64,000 nucleotides of DNA from Orbicella franksi. Lineage: Eukaryota. Positions within the stretch are counted from its first letter, which is position 1. Each line of letters starts with the position of its first letter. The stretch lies in assembly GCA_964199315.1 (NCBI GenBank), contig OZ116710.1, forward strand, positions 19,220,001-19,284,000. Direction: 5' to 3'. The notes under the pieces are model-generated. The model worked only from the letters and a program-made list of their open reading frames with translations. It was not told where the DNA came from and searched no databases. Made by a program: the position numbers and the translations under genes. This document shows, piece after piece, positions 13,027 to 25,065 of this stretch.

Positions 13027-14979
13027 CAGGGCTCAACACTAACGGTAGCCAACTCGCCACAGACTAGTACAAATTTAGTTTTGGCTAGTAGGTTTCTGAT
13101 TTCCACCAGCCACTTTGGCTAGTAAGCAAAATGAAATTGGCCAAACTAGTATCTGTCTTCCTCACGGAAGACAAACACTAACACTTTTCTCGGAAACAAG
13201 GTCAGAATTTCATTGTGGTCGTATCATGTTTACTTTTCGCTGTGTGGTACTTGGAAGGGTATTAAAACTGAACATGTTATTATGTAAAAAGAAATATTTG
13301 ACAAACAAGACAGCATTTTCTGAAAGCACACATCAATGTTCTTTTCTTGTTACAAAATTAGTAGCACAAAACATGAGTATCGTGATAAAATCATGCACAA
13401 AATCGTGCAGAACTGTAAAGGGATGACATTTCATTTAGCATAACAACATATAGGTGATTTAACGTTGTGTCTATACTGACAAAACTTACCACTGCAAAAA
13501 TAATTACATGAGAAAGATTTATTTCCTTTGACATTTATTAGCAGTCAAATTTTGCTAATGTTGCTTTTGAAACAGTTTGAATTCTACAGCTCCTGTCTGT
13601 GAAGAGACTGAAGAAGTCTCAACAGTTGTTAAAATCATGATGTCTTGGGGTCTCGATATTTTTACAACAAAGTCTCAAAGAAAAACAGAGTCCTGAAAGT
13701 TTTTTTGGGATAATCACTGGATTTTTCTTTGTGATCTGTTGGCTTGAGAGATTTGATGTGAGGAAAACACAAGGCCATTGAACAAAATTAAAACCAGTGC
13801 AATTCAGTGATAAATTGGTTCGCCCTTGTGTTTAACATTACCAGTCAAGCATGACCCAAGGTGTGCCAACTATATGTCAACTGGTCAAGAGGTTTCAGGT
13901 GCAAAACTGCATTGATTTTTTTCCCTTAAAATTCCATAATGGATATAAGAGGGTTCTTTACCAGCAGTACTAAAGAAAAAGCCAAAAAACCAGAGTTCTG
14001 AAAAGAAACGACCCACTCAGGAAGAAAGTGTAAGGGCCTGATTACATGGTGAATTTCAGTCCAGCGAGGGGGGCTGAAATTTTGTTGCGATTACACAACA
14101 AATTTCAGCCCAGGCTGAAATATTAGCCTCGGCGCCAAATATGAAATTGTGTGCGAAAAGCCTCCAGAGAATCAAAATGGCACAGAGAACACGAATCGTG
14201 AAAATAGGCGTATTGCTTCTCTCATAGTTTGACCTTTTGTTGGCGCTCAATTTTTAACTTTTTGGGATAGTAATACCCTACAATGATGATGGAACTGAAA
14301 CAAAACCTGTCTCTCAGCCAGAAAGACGTACTTTTATAGAAAGGAAATATGTCCTCAAGCTTGCCAAGTTCATGGCCTCCCTGACAGCCTCGTGCTGTTA
14401 AACCTTGTCTCGATGTTCTTATATTCCATCTAAGCTTTGAAATTAGAGAGATTCTCTATTTTATTGCCTTTATTCCACTGAGATCGCTTCTACTTCATAG
14501 CGGCAGCCATCTTGTTTCCTGCTTTTCAGTCCGGGCTGAAATTCCATTTCGATTACATGGAATTTTTTCAGACTTTTCAGTCCATTTGCCCGGGCTGAAT
14601 CCTTCTTCACGTAATCGCCAATTTGATGTCATGAGAATTTATTTCAGAAGCCAGGCTGAAATTCGCCATGTAATCAGGCCCTAAGTCTCAAACGTCCACC
14701 ATCAAAATGCTAATGTACTCTTTTTCATTTTTCACATTGTTTTATAAATATAATATATCTTGTTGTTGTATTATTGGAACTGGTTTAAGTACAATGTAAT
14801 TACCAACAATATGTATTAAAGAGAGTTGCTTGGATTGTGCTTTCAAGTCTTATTAGTAATTCTGCTGTTATTGCACCCAGCCAAAGTCAACACTTGGCCA
14901 GTAAAATTTTTTTGCTAGTAACATCTAGGTTGTCACTAGCCACTGGGCTAGTAAGTTGAAAAGTTAGTGTGGAGCCCTG
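13027..14979. mobile_element. Non-autonomous hAT-like element in dsRBD gene intron
   Basis: TIRs CAGGGCTCAACACTAAC and GTTAGTGTGGAGCCCTG. Near-TSD ttcatgta/tacatgta, with an extra CAGG on the left. Confidence 0.6.
14034..14681. mobile_element. PIF/Harbinger-like MITE nested in the hAT-like element
   Basis: TIRs GGGCCTGATTACATGGTGAATTTCAG and CTGAAATTCGCCATGTAATCAGGCCC, with a TAA target duplication on both sides. Confidence 0.8.
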
Positions 14980-15077
14980 TACATGTACTTGTCCAAAGCA
15001 AATTTCGACTTGTTCCAGTTTTAGTGCAACCCTCCACTTTATATTCATACCCCTTATCTCAGGTCCTTTCGACATAC

Positions 15078-15987
15078 CTTTAACCACAGTGCTCTTTTCT
15101 TTCTGCTTTGCTGAATAATAATTTGTGTGATTCACTTGACCAGCGTTTGAAACTGGATTTGTTGTAGAGTTTTGATTATTTGGCTTTGCAACGTTAGTTC
15201 CTGGGCTTGACTGATTGCTGTTCATGTTTCCAACAGCTCCTGGTGTGGTTGAACCACCTCTACCAGAGTTACCGCCCCTAACAGCACTCAACCATTTGGC
15301 TGTACCTCTACCACTGCTGACTGTATTTCCACCTCTTCCATTAGCTAATCCATTTCCATTAGAGGCACCTCTTGTTGTGCTTGTTCCTCCACGGGCTCCT
15401 CTATTTGGTGCTCCTCTCTTAGGCCCTCCCCTGTTAGGTGCTCCTCTTGATGTACTAGGAGCTCCCCTTGCTGAATTTGCACCCCTACCATTACTTGCTA
15501 CCCTAGCAGGGGCACCCCTTGTTTGATTTGCACCACGAGGGGCCATCGTTCCTCTAGATGAAGCATCCCCCCTACCACCAGCTAACCCTCTACCTCGGTT
15601 GCCACCTCGTCCATCTCCGCCTCTCCCTCTTCCCCTAGGAGGTCCATTCGAAGGGTAGGGAGGAGGAGGGGGTGGTATGTCAAAGTCATCATCAGCAAAT
15701 GAACGTGGTGGAGGATAGTCCTTATCCCAAGGTGCAGGTCTGGAAGGACCATCAAAATCATCTCTGACCCAAGGAGGAGGTGGTGTCAAAGGCTGGTCAT
15801 CCCAGAATCTTGGTGGCCGTCCAGGTGGAGGTGGTGGTGATGGCGGATGTCCAAAGTGGTTGCGGTGCTCCCATGGAGGTGAAGGAGGTGGTCGGTGATC
15901 AAATTCATCATAATAATCTGGTGGTGGTGGGGGAGGGAATGGTCTGTCTCTGAATCCCCGTGGGGGAGGTGCTCCCCTTCTTTGCAT
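15078..15987 (-). CDS. Triple-dsRBD protein (HYL1-like candidate), coding exon 1: Pro-rich and RGG-rich low-complexity N-terminus
   Basis: ATG at 15987 (MQRRGAPPP). Acceptor ttacacAG at 16012-16013. Donor AAAG|GTATGT at 15077, phase 1. Polyproline tracts with PPDY/PPPY are followed by RGG/RGA repeats. The ORF-track extension past 15078 is intron read-through. Confidence 0.8.
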
Positions 15988-18040
15988 TTAAAGCCCAGGA
16001 TCTTACAGAATCTGTGTAACATAAATAATAAAAATCATGATGTCCAAGGAATACAAACAAAACAGTTCTTGGCCACTGTAGCTCATGCAGTTACACAGTC
16101 TTCCTCAATCTGTAAGGCTGTATTTTTTACCTTGTACACATGCAAGTTAACAATGGAACTGAAACCAGGTCAAATTACTCTTTCACATAGTTATATTCCT
16201 TTTTTCAGGAAATCTTATTTCACAAAATGTTAATGTCACTTTTTTTTTTTTGGTACTTTTCATTTGCCAAAATTCTTCATACATTAAAACAAAGTAGACC
16301 TTTGCAGTGTGAAAGGTAACAGTGTCTTCATGATACCACTGTCAAGCTCATAAGAGAAATAATCTGCGAGTCCCATAAAAATATTCTGCAAGACCTTCCT
16401 ATAAAGGACTTGCAGAATATTTCCATAATCACCTTGACAATGGCATCATGATGACACCAACATATCGCTTTTATGGCATATTTTTTCCTGCCTAGACACT
16501 ACAGATTACAGATCAAAGCAGGTGACCAGGAAAGATACCTTGAACTATTTTGACTCCTTTTCCAGCTGTAAAGTGATACAGACCCTGTTTGAAAAAGACC
16601 TTGCCTTAATAAATACTGACTGGTGCTTGTAAAGTACAACCTTACATTATGGTCACCATTAGAAACTACATTATAATAGAGAAAGGAATGTCAAAACCAA
16701 ATTTGATTAAGATGAGGCAATCCAGTTTGTTTTCACACTTTTTTAGGATGTTAAAACTTCACATGATGTTATCTGGTTCAATGCCATGCTTTTTCCTCAG
16801 TTGGTCTCATCTTTGCCTCATGTTTGAAATGCTTTTTATTAAGGAACTGAAACCAATGCTTAACAAACAGTGTCACTCAATTTGTGCAAAGCTATTTGTT
16901 TAGATAATTATGCATGTTAACATGCTTTAAGGTTTTTAAATTCCCATTTACTTTTTAGACTTTTATATTTGTATGCTATTTTATATTTTACTTGAACTTG
17001 AACATGACCTTGGAGAGGTCGAAACATCATTCGTTTTTATTGCTGATTTTTATTACCAAATCTTTATCAAAGAAACTTCTTATTGAAATAAAATTAGCCA
17101 GATTATTTGAAGGGACACGCTATTGCATCGTGAGACTGTGTGCTAGAATTATTTTTATTTTGCAACTATACAAACATGGAGGAAAATGAAAAAAATAAGA
17201 ACTATATCGTCATTATAATAAAATGTGAATAACTTGCCACCCCCAGTATCATAAACATTTTGTCATTTTTCAATCACACAGACAAACAAAAACACCTGGT
17301 CAACAACAAAAACATCCGCACAACTTTCATAACTATGAAAGCCCATACACACACCACTTGTTGTAACATCCCTTTAATGCCTATTTTCAAGGGGGCACCA
17401 CATTAACCTGGCCAGATTTCAGGCTTCACTATGTCCTGCCCTTGAACACAAGGAAATGACCTTGCTAAGAGTCATGATATTGATGGAAAGCAAGTATTTG
17501 GAAATAAATAAATATGTCATTTGTTTAGGGTTCATTGGTTAGCTGAAGTGTACTATTTGGTCTTAAAAAACAGGTTCTTGTGTAAATGGTACATGAGGTC
17601 AGAACCACATTTTGCTCTCTCGGCAATGCGTAGGTACAAATAAGGTTACACTGCAATCTGTTATCAGGCTATTTACCCAATGATTGAAAGTAAATTACAA
17701 ATTTTTTGTGATTGTTTTGGTATGACTTATTAGATTAACATGATAGGATCTACTTAATTCAACCATGTGGAACCTACAACACTTAACAGTAAAAGAAAAG
17801 CCAATAGTTCCTTTTTTCAGCTCAGATTGATTTTCACTTCAGTCTGCATGTTCATGAACCGGTGGAATTTTGTTAGCACACTCGCCGGCTGTAGTTTTTT
17901 TTCGCCGCTAAGCTTCTCTGAATCAATAACGATAACTTCCTCTTAAGCTGACTGTTCCGTAACGCGATTTCCGTCTTTTCTTCGCGTCAAACAACGTCGC
18001 AAAACACCCTAAACACAAACAACCGGTTTCAATGACTTAC

Positions 18041-18110
18041 CTGATTGAGCACGTGAAAGCAAAGGACCTTGTCGTCAGCCCGACAACGCGAAAATCCGCC
18101 ACATTAAAGC
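18041..18110 (-). other. Probable non-coding first exon of the dsRBD gene (5' boundary approximate)
   Basis: Strong donor CAG|GTAAGT at 18040 in a CpG-richer promoter-like stretch. It matches the acceptor at 16011 just upstream of the ATG. Confidence 0.55.
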
Positions 18111-18230
18111 CCTTATCAACGTACTTTACGATCAATCACAGCCTTTGGAAGTAGACAGCAGTAAATATAAAAGATTCTGACAAATATAAATGCTGTTTTA
18201 CTCGCTGAAAAGCTTTGCACCTGGAGGTAC
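18110..18230. promoter_or_regulatory. Putative compact bidirectional promoter between the dsRBD gene and CIBAR1
   Basis: Oppositely oriented first-exon donors at 18040 (-) and 18307 (+) lie only ~270 bp apart. A CAAAATGGCG motif sits at 18230. Confidence 0.5.
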
Positions 18231-18590
18231 AAAATGGCGACCAGCAAAGCGGTTGCTATTGCGCATGTGTGGCTGTAAGAAAATTTTTCTTCACCTCCCC
18301 ACACAGGTGAGCATTGTCATCATAGGATGGCGAGCGAAGGGTGGGAAAGGCATCGATCGGTCTGAATTCGTTGGAAATCTTTTACGGTGAATGCATCTAG
18401 CTTCTGACATATCTACGAGTATATATATGAGGAACATAAGGAATCTGTCTTGAATAACTTAGAGCGCAAAAGATTCGTTGCTTGGCAATATATTCTGCGG
18501 CGTCGTTGACACTTCCATGGTTCGCGAATTCCTTTATGATTTGTTGATCGTAACTTCTACAGGAAAGAATCTGCTAAGTTTCCAGTGGAA

Positions 18591-18658
18591 ATGAAGAAGT
18601 CTTCGTCGAATTTAAGCGCTTCCACTCCGAGTGAGATCAGAAGTGAAACAAAAGCAAG
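18591..18658 (+). CDS. CIBAR1: CIBAR1/FAM92 BAR-domain protein, coding exon 1
   Basis: Acceptor ttctacAG at 18562, ATG at 18591 (MKKSSSNLSASTPSEIRSETKAR). The phase-2 donor at 18659 matches the next exon. Confidence 0.65.
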
Positions 18659-20025
18659 GTTGATATATAATAAGTCGAGTTATGTTATTAATATTAATAA
18701 TTTACATCAACTTGTCAAAACTTTCATACACATGTGGTATAAGCTTAGTTCTCGCCGTCGTAGGAGTAACTCAGCAGCCACACCTGCCATTTTTGTTGAT
18801 GCTGATGGTAAATGTTTTCATTGCTGAGTTACTAATTATGAAATAATTTAGCAATGAAAACATCTACCCAACTCCATTGAAATATTGCACATGTGACCGT
18901 AAGTACAGTCAGCTTGTTTGTCCCTTAAGGCAGACCACTTAAACTGTCAAAGGCAGTCATTTCCTCAAGGTGGACACCTCTCTATTTAATGAAGACATGT
19001 ACATGTATGATGTTTCGAAGGTTAGAGGCCTCTTGCTAAGATGGTTCTCCTCTGAGGCAGACACATTTTTAAGATGGTCACCTCTCTAACTAAAGGCAGA
19101 CATGTTTCTAGGGCAGGAACATAGACCTGCAAGGTAGACACCACTCTAAGACAAAGGGAATCCTACTGTGCTGTGTTGGTGGACAAGTGAAACACTTAAT
19201 AACAGTCGAACCCCTGGTCACAGCCTCCTCTCCTCAGCAACCATACACTATACTCTATCAGTCTTAATAAAGACGACCTTAAATGTCTTATAATTACAGA
19301 AATTTGGTTTTATTTTCTGATTCACTGTTCTCTCAAGAACAGCCAACATTTAAACAGAACTACAGTATAAAAAGCAAAGTACAGTATTCAGCACTTAGGT
19401 TAAGTCTCTGGAGTTACCATATGCTAATAAGGCAAAATTTTGACCCAGTATGGTCTAAGCTCTTGTAAGTGATCACCTCCCATAAACGACCACTTAGGTT
19501 TGACATTTTGAGTGGTCACTTATGGGGTTTCAACTGTGTTGATAACATTATTATGAAGGTAAATTAAGTGACACAGAAATTTTTTGAAACTAACATTTTG
19601 AATATTAGTCCTTGGTCAGAGCAAAGAGCATATTTACACATTGTACCTTGCTCTGACAAAGGGCTAACACTTGGAATGTCAGTTTCAGAAACTCGCTGTA
19701 CAACAGTTGGTCAAAACCTGTTATGGCAGCTAATTTGTCTTTATCATCTTTGAGTACATACATGTACTGTAGACATGTTCTCAAGGTTGATACCTCTCTG
19801 ATTTGGACACCTTTGTAAGTTGGATACTTATCGAAGGCAAGTATGTCTCCAAGGTGAATACCTCAGTTTTGCCTTTGTGAAGCAGACACCTCTGGATCTC
19901 TGAAAAATGCATCTCTGTAAAGTAGACAATCAAAGCTAGTCTCCTAGCTTGTCTACTCTATAGCATGTACTTCTGTACAGAGTGTAGACATTGACTGACT
20001 GTACTTGTATGTCATTGCATTTCAG

Positions 20026-20260
20026 AGACCATGAACTAAAGGTAATAACAGAGAGAATCAATCTTTCAGAGAGAAATTTCAGCACACTTCTTAGAGACTT
20101 TACAGCCTTTAGTGGGGGATTACAATCTCTACAAGAAAAAGGCATGAAACTGTCCAGGAGTGTGGATATGTATTCTGACGAGGAGTACCCTTCAATGAAA
20201 GCAAGTTTAGCTGGCGTCAGTGAGAGTATTGCCGCAATACAGGACTTTCTGGGTGCACAG
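20026..20260 (+). CDS. CIBAR1: CIBAR1/FAM92, coding exon 2
   Basis: Acceptor ttcAG, donor GTGAGT. RDHELKVITERINLSERNFSTLLRDF...AIQDFLGAQ aligns by eye with the FAM92 N-terminal BAR helices. Confidence 0.85.
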
Positions 20261-21096
20261 GTGAGTACATGTAGTCTTACCACAGCATTTAATTTGTCTC
20301 CATTTAAAAGGTTTGATGTCATTTGTACATGTAACTATTTTTTGTCTCTCATTGTTGTTACGTGTCAGTTGGATGTAGCTCTGATCTTTATTTACTCTTA
20401 GTAAATTATATATCTATGTCATGAGACTACATGAAAGTGCAATTCTACTACACCCTGAAATGTGTAACTTACAAGAGATTTTTAATTAGTTTTTGGCCAA
20501 TGGTATTTTACTATTGCTCAGGAAAGGGAAAAATGAAAAATTTACACAGATATCAGACCTAGCTAAAATTCTTGCTCCCCTTGGTCTTTGTCAGCTTGTA
20601 TCAGTCGTGACCACTAACTTGTTCTCCCAACAATGCTGCTCACATTTCTGACCCTAGGGTGGACCTACTCATAGGCACCACCCATGGGAGAAACCTGATA
20701 TAAAACTTGGGGATCTATACCTACAATATACACCTGTGTAATTAGGGGTGGTGAATGATCCTTCAAAAACCATGAGTCTCACAAAATTTTCTTTGAATTT
20801 CAGTGGTTTCTTAGGCTTGATTTTGAGAAGTTAAGTACATCTCGCAGTCTCGGTTTTTTCAATAAGTCTCGATCGATACTTTGTAAGACTAAGAAAGTCT
20901 TGAAGTCCTGATTCATTTGTTGGTTTTTATAACTGATATTTGAACATCTCGTACTCACAAAGGTCTTGGGTTCGCAAAAAAAGCTAGTCTTGCGTTTTCA
21001 CAAGGTCCCGAATTTACCATTCACCAACCCTGTTGTTGCATCCCTGCCAATGTAGAAGTTCATATCATGATGTATGTTTATAATATTATTTGTCAG

Positions 21097-21267
21097 GTGG
21101 ACTTTATGCAGGCAAAGGTTTCTCCTCCTCTGTCCCTGAATGCCACAAATGTTAAACATGCAAGGGAATATGTAAAGGAACTGTCTGCATCCAGAGAGAA
21201 AGAATCGCTGAAACGTAAAGCAGTGGAAAAACTTAAAATCAAAGAGCCCAAAAACAAGGGAAAGATT
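21097..21267 (+). CDS. CIBAR1: CIBAR1/FAM92, coding exon 3
   Basis: Acceptor tgtcAG, donor GTATCC, phase 0-0. Translation VDFMQAKVSPPLSLNATNVKHARE... Confidence 0.8.
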
Positions 21268-22394
21268 GTATCCTTAAAATGCTTCCCGAAGAAATTTAAG
21301 GAAACATGTCACTATGCTGGAGGGATTGTGATTCACTTTAATTAATTGTAACCAGTTATTTTCTTATGTTGGCAAACTGTTCAGTACAATAGTTGCTATT
21401 ACAGTGCTATGCTGCTTTGCACTGTGCTATGCTACATTGCATTACATTATGTCACTTTTTACCTACATTAAATTCACCATACATTGATTTGAGAGACCCA
21501 ACTGGGTGCACAAACTGTTGTTTTGCTCGCAGATTTGGTGCATGCCGGATTGGGCAGCCTCTTCTGCTGGTGATCTTTGTTTCTGTTTATTTTTGTATGA
21601 GTTGTGTACCTGACATAAAATCATCAGTGTTATTAACTATTGAGATTATTATTTTTAATTAGTCTTCATAAACTCTTAATTCCAATTATTTTCCCTAACT
21701 GTTGTTATTATAGTCGAAGGTGGGTAACCATTGGAGGATACCTCTCACAAATCTCATGTGAATGTTTTTAAAACAATTCTGATTTCCCATCAGGCTTTAT
21801 AGCAGAACAGAGGATATTGAAACATGCCACAAAGATACATTTACATGTGTAACCAAGGTTTATCACGATTTCATGAAAAGGGTGCATCCTAAGAGCATGT
21901 ACACTGGGAAATTAACCAGAAATAAAGTAAATATTTTAAATGGGAAAGAGCCACATCAGTCATAACAAATTATTATAGTTCACCTTTTGCAAAACACCTT
22001 AATGCCCTTCTGTCTCCAGTGAATGTTTACTGAGAAATGCTAATGTCAACCACCAAATGTTAATGATCATGTTTACTGCTTGCTAATTAATAATACCAAA
22101 GCAGAGGCAAGCATATGGGTTTACTGAAGAGGCTTAAAAAGGCTAGTGGTGAATAGAACTGACCCAATTTTTATTGTTATTAAAACTAGAGATGTACGCA
22201 TTCAGCACCTCAGATGCTAGCCTGGTGAAGCCAGACATAACAGTACTCAAATTAATTGCTGAGTTGAAGTTTGAATATTAACAGCTGATATTAAACTTTT
22301 TTTAGCTCTGTCTTGAATTTCCCTTAGCTTTAGCTGGTTTTCTTTTTTGACTAAGGTTTCTATTGTTTGACTGGGCACACACTGTGTTTTCCAG

Positions 22395-22499
22395 GCTGAG
22401 CAGGACCTTCAGAAGCTAACAGTTGATGCCAACCGCTCAAGACAGACACTGGAAGAACAAATGGTGGAATTTGAAAGAAAGAAGATGGAGGACATCAAG
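22395..22499 (+). CDS. CIBAR1: CIBAR1/FAM92, coding exon 4
   Basis: AEQDLQKLTVDANRSRQTLEEQMVEFERKKMEDIK resembles FAM92A [35 protein letters not shown]. Canonical splice sites. Confidence 0.9.
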
Positions 22500-23005
22500 G
22501 TAAGAATTAAATGACAGAAGTAAATTTTTCTGACTTTATTTGCAACCAGTTTCTGTATTTCATGAACTCAAGAAAGGAGCTTTTTATTATGTACACCTTT
22601 TTAATTTATTGTGTAAATCAAGAGCTTAAGGTGTCTTGTTCCTTTTACAGTTGGCTTACAGTTGTTCTTTGAGATTGTTGGTTTTGACTGTTTGCTGGGT
22701 TTTGCATGTAACTCAGTGTTACTCCTCCGCCTAGAATTTCAGCTACTGTTACAGTTAACTGCAGTACACACTGAAGGAAGAATGTGTACAGGGCCTTGTA
22801 ATGTTCCTGTTTTTAGCCTGGGTACAGACATGCTAGACTTGGATGTAGCTGGATTTGTCTTTATTTTGGTTTCAACCCAGTTCTTAAAATAAATATTTAG
22901 ATCAACAGAATATTATGTATCAACTTTGTATCATGATCATACATGCACGCATTCCACTTAAAATACTAATAGTGATAATTAATTTTTTTTTTTTTCTGTC
23001 TACAG

Positions 23006-23119
23006 ACAGTGTTCAGTAATTTCTTCCATGGCCAGATGTTGTTTCATGCCAAAGCCTTGGAGCTTTATACAGCTGCATTTCAAAGTCTTGTTTCCATGGA
23101 TGAGGAGCAAGACATCGAG
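23006..23119 (+). CDS. CIBAR1: CIBAR1/FAM92, coding exon 5
   Basis: TVFSNFFHGQMLFHAKALELYTAAFQSLVSMDEEQDIE resembles the FAM92 MLFHGKALEVYTAAYQ motif. Canonical splice sites. Confidence 0.92.
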
Positions 23120-23424
23120 GTATTGTTCATTCTGAGTTACGAGTGCAAAAGGCACATATATTAGTGGGTTAAAAACATCTCAGTCTCTTTTTTGAATAAT
23201 AATACCAAATATATCTGTTAGTGGTTTTTCTATACATTTTAACAAGTCCTTCTAAAATTGTCACAAATTCAAAGCAAATTTGCCTTTTGGCCCCTCTATT
23301 TTTTTTAGGATAACAAGGCATGAAGTATCTTAGAGCAAAAAATCGCCTACCAATCTGAGTGCACTGATATCCAGATTACCCATGGCTATGGCTTTGAATT
23401 CTAGTTTTTCATTGACTGATTGGT

Positions 23425-23456
<32 letters not shown>

Positions 23457-23784
23457 GGATGAACGACTAGAGAGACCTATTTATTTATTTCCTATCCAAG
23501 GTTTTGTTAGACAGTGTAGTTAGGTTAAAGTAGCTTTTAGTTAAATTAGATTTTATTGTTGTACATTTAGATTTATTCAACTTTTAGTCCTCCAAGGAGT
23601 TAGATTAGGGTACCTTTAAATAAAAGTTAGATTTTATTATAGTAAATTTAAATTTATTTTTATGTTTAGTCCTCCTGGTGTAGTTTTTGCTGTCTTAGGG
23701 GTAATTTATTAAAGCGGTAAAGTAGCCAACCGTCAGATTAAGCAACATCTAGTTTCAACGTTCCCTCCGAACTTTTCAATGCAG

Positions 23785-23970
23785 GCCTTCCAAAATGATC
23801 TTCATCCTGCACTACCGCCCTCTCGACTGGACGTGGTGAAGAATGGTTCCCAGACCTCACTCAACCGGTTTAGCTCCCAAGGCTCTCTCGGATCACAGCA
23901 GTCACTTAACAGAACAGGGACAAGCGACAGAGGTGTAGATATTGACGATTATAACAGTGACTTCCAATAA
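23785..23970 (+). CDS. CIBAR1: CIBAR1/FAM92, last coding exon
   Basis: AFQNDLHPALPPSRLDVVKNGS... resembles FAM92 FRNSL..SRLDIVRANS, ending in TAA. The joined CDS is 879 nt (292 aa). Confidence 0.85.
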   Translation, partial: AFQNDLHPALPPSRLDVVKNGSQTSLNRFSSQGSLGSQQSLNRTGTSDRGVDIDDYNSDFQ

Positions 23971-24369
23971 CAGATGCAAGTCAAGTTAATGTGTTTTTTC
24001 TGTAAATCCAAACAAGTCCAACCTCGTCGTAGATATTAATTTCCGATTACCAGTACTTTTGGCCACTCAGAACATAGCACGTGCACCACTTATCACGGTG
24101 CAACGCCCTTGCGGAAGGAAGCGTCTCACGAGAATGCGAGGCAAGCGCGAAGGGCGAGGCACGAGCGAGATGCGTTTAGAGAAATAATTAAAAAATGAAC
24201 CATTGTCCCACCACAAGTCTCACGCTAGCCTCTTTGTCTTCCAGAGTAACTATTATAAGGATTTTGTTTCGAACCATGCTGCTACTTTTTCGTTACCGCA
24301 TATTTTTCATTGCTTTTCCACTCTAACTCGTGAACTAAACCATATAGTTAAGATATACGTGTACTTGTA

Positions 24370-24486
24370 TTTAGTCCTCCTGGTGTAGTTTTTGCTGTCT
24401 TTGGAGTAATTCAAAGCAGTAAAGTAGCCAACCGTCAGATTAAGCAACATCTAGTTTCAACGTTCCCTTCCAACTCTTCCATGCGG
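24370..24486 (+). repeat. Direct duplicate of the CIBAR1 terminal 3' splice-site region (23665-23784)
   Basis: ~120-bp near-identical sequence; the acceptor gcAG has become gcGG in this copy. Confidence 0.88.
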
Positions 24487-24619
24487 TACAAATAGGTCTT
24501 AACGCTGCGCGATTGGCTTAAAAAACTCGCACTGCTTTGTCATCCAATCAGAAGTAAAACCAAAACGAATCGTCACGCGCTCGCACACGTTTTCCCGCGC
24601 TTCGCCTCAGCCACATATA

Positions 24620-24993
24620 CCGTAAATCCTCGAATTAGCGCCCCCCCTCGAGTAAGCGCCCCCCCCCCATTTCGTGGACGAGTAATGAGACAACAAAGGA
24701 TGTATAGTTTTCGTCATGTTGTATTTGATTTGTACATTGTTTCAGTTTGTGAACACGTTTAGTGAACACGTTGAACACGTTAAGTAGTAACGGTGCGCGA
24801 TTTAAACTTTAGGATCAGCTTTTTATGTCAATAAACAGCTTATGCAGGTGTTTACGCGCACATGATGTATTAAAAAAAGGATCATGTCAGGCCACGATTT
24901 GGGAAAAATTAAATAAGCGCTCCCCCCCCCCCCCCTCGGATAAGCGCCCCCCTCGAATAAGCGCTCCCCGGACGCTAATTCGAGGATTAACGG
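24620..24993. mobile_element. Tc1/mariner-pogo-like MITE
   Basis: TIRs CCGTAAATCCTCGAATTAGCG and CGCTAATTCGAGGATTAACGG, flanked by TA on both sides. It interrupts another repeat. Confidence 0.8.
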
Positions 24994-25065
24994 TATTTGC
25001 TTTGACTTTTGATTGGTTCATTGGATTGTTTGTGTAACTCATTGGTTCCTTAGTTATCAACCTTA

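Noticed and set aside
14887-15077. C-terminal 63 aa of the 366-aa ORF
   Set aside because: They lie beyond a strong GTATGT donor and run into a transposon TIR.
15215-15526. 103-aa + strand Pro/Leu-rich ORF
   Set aside because: Antisense shadow of the RGG-rich exon.
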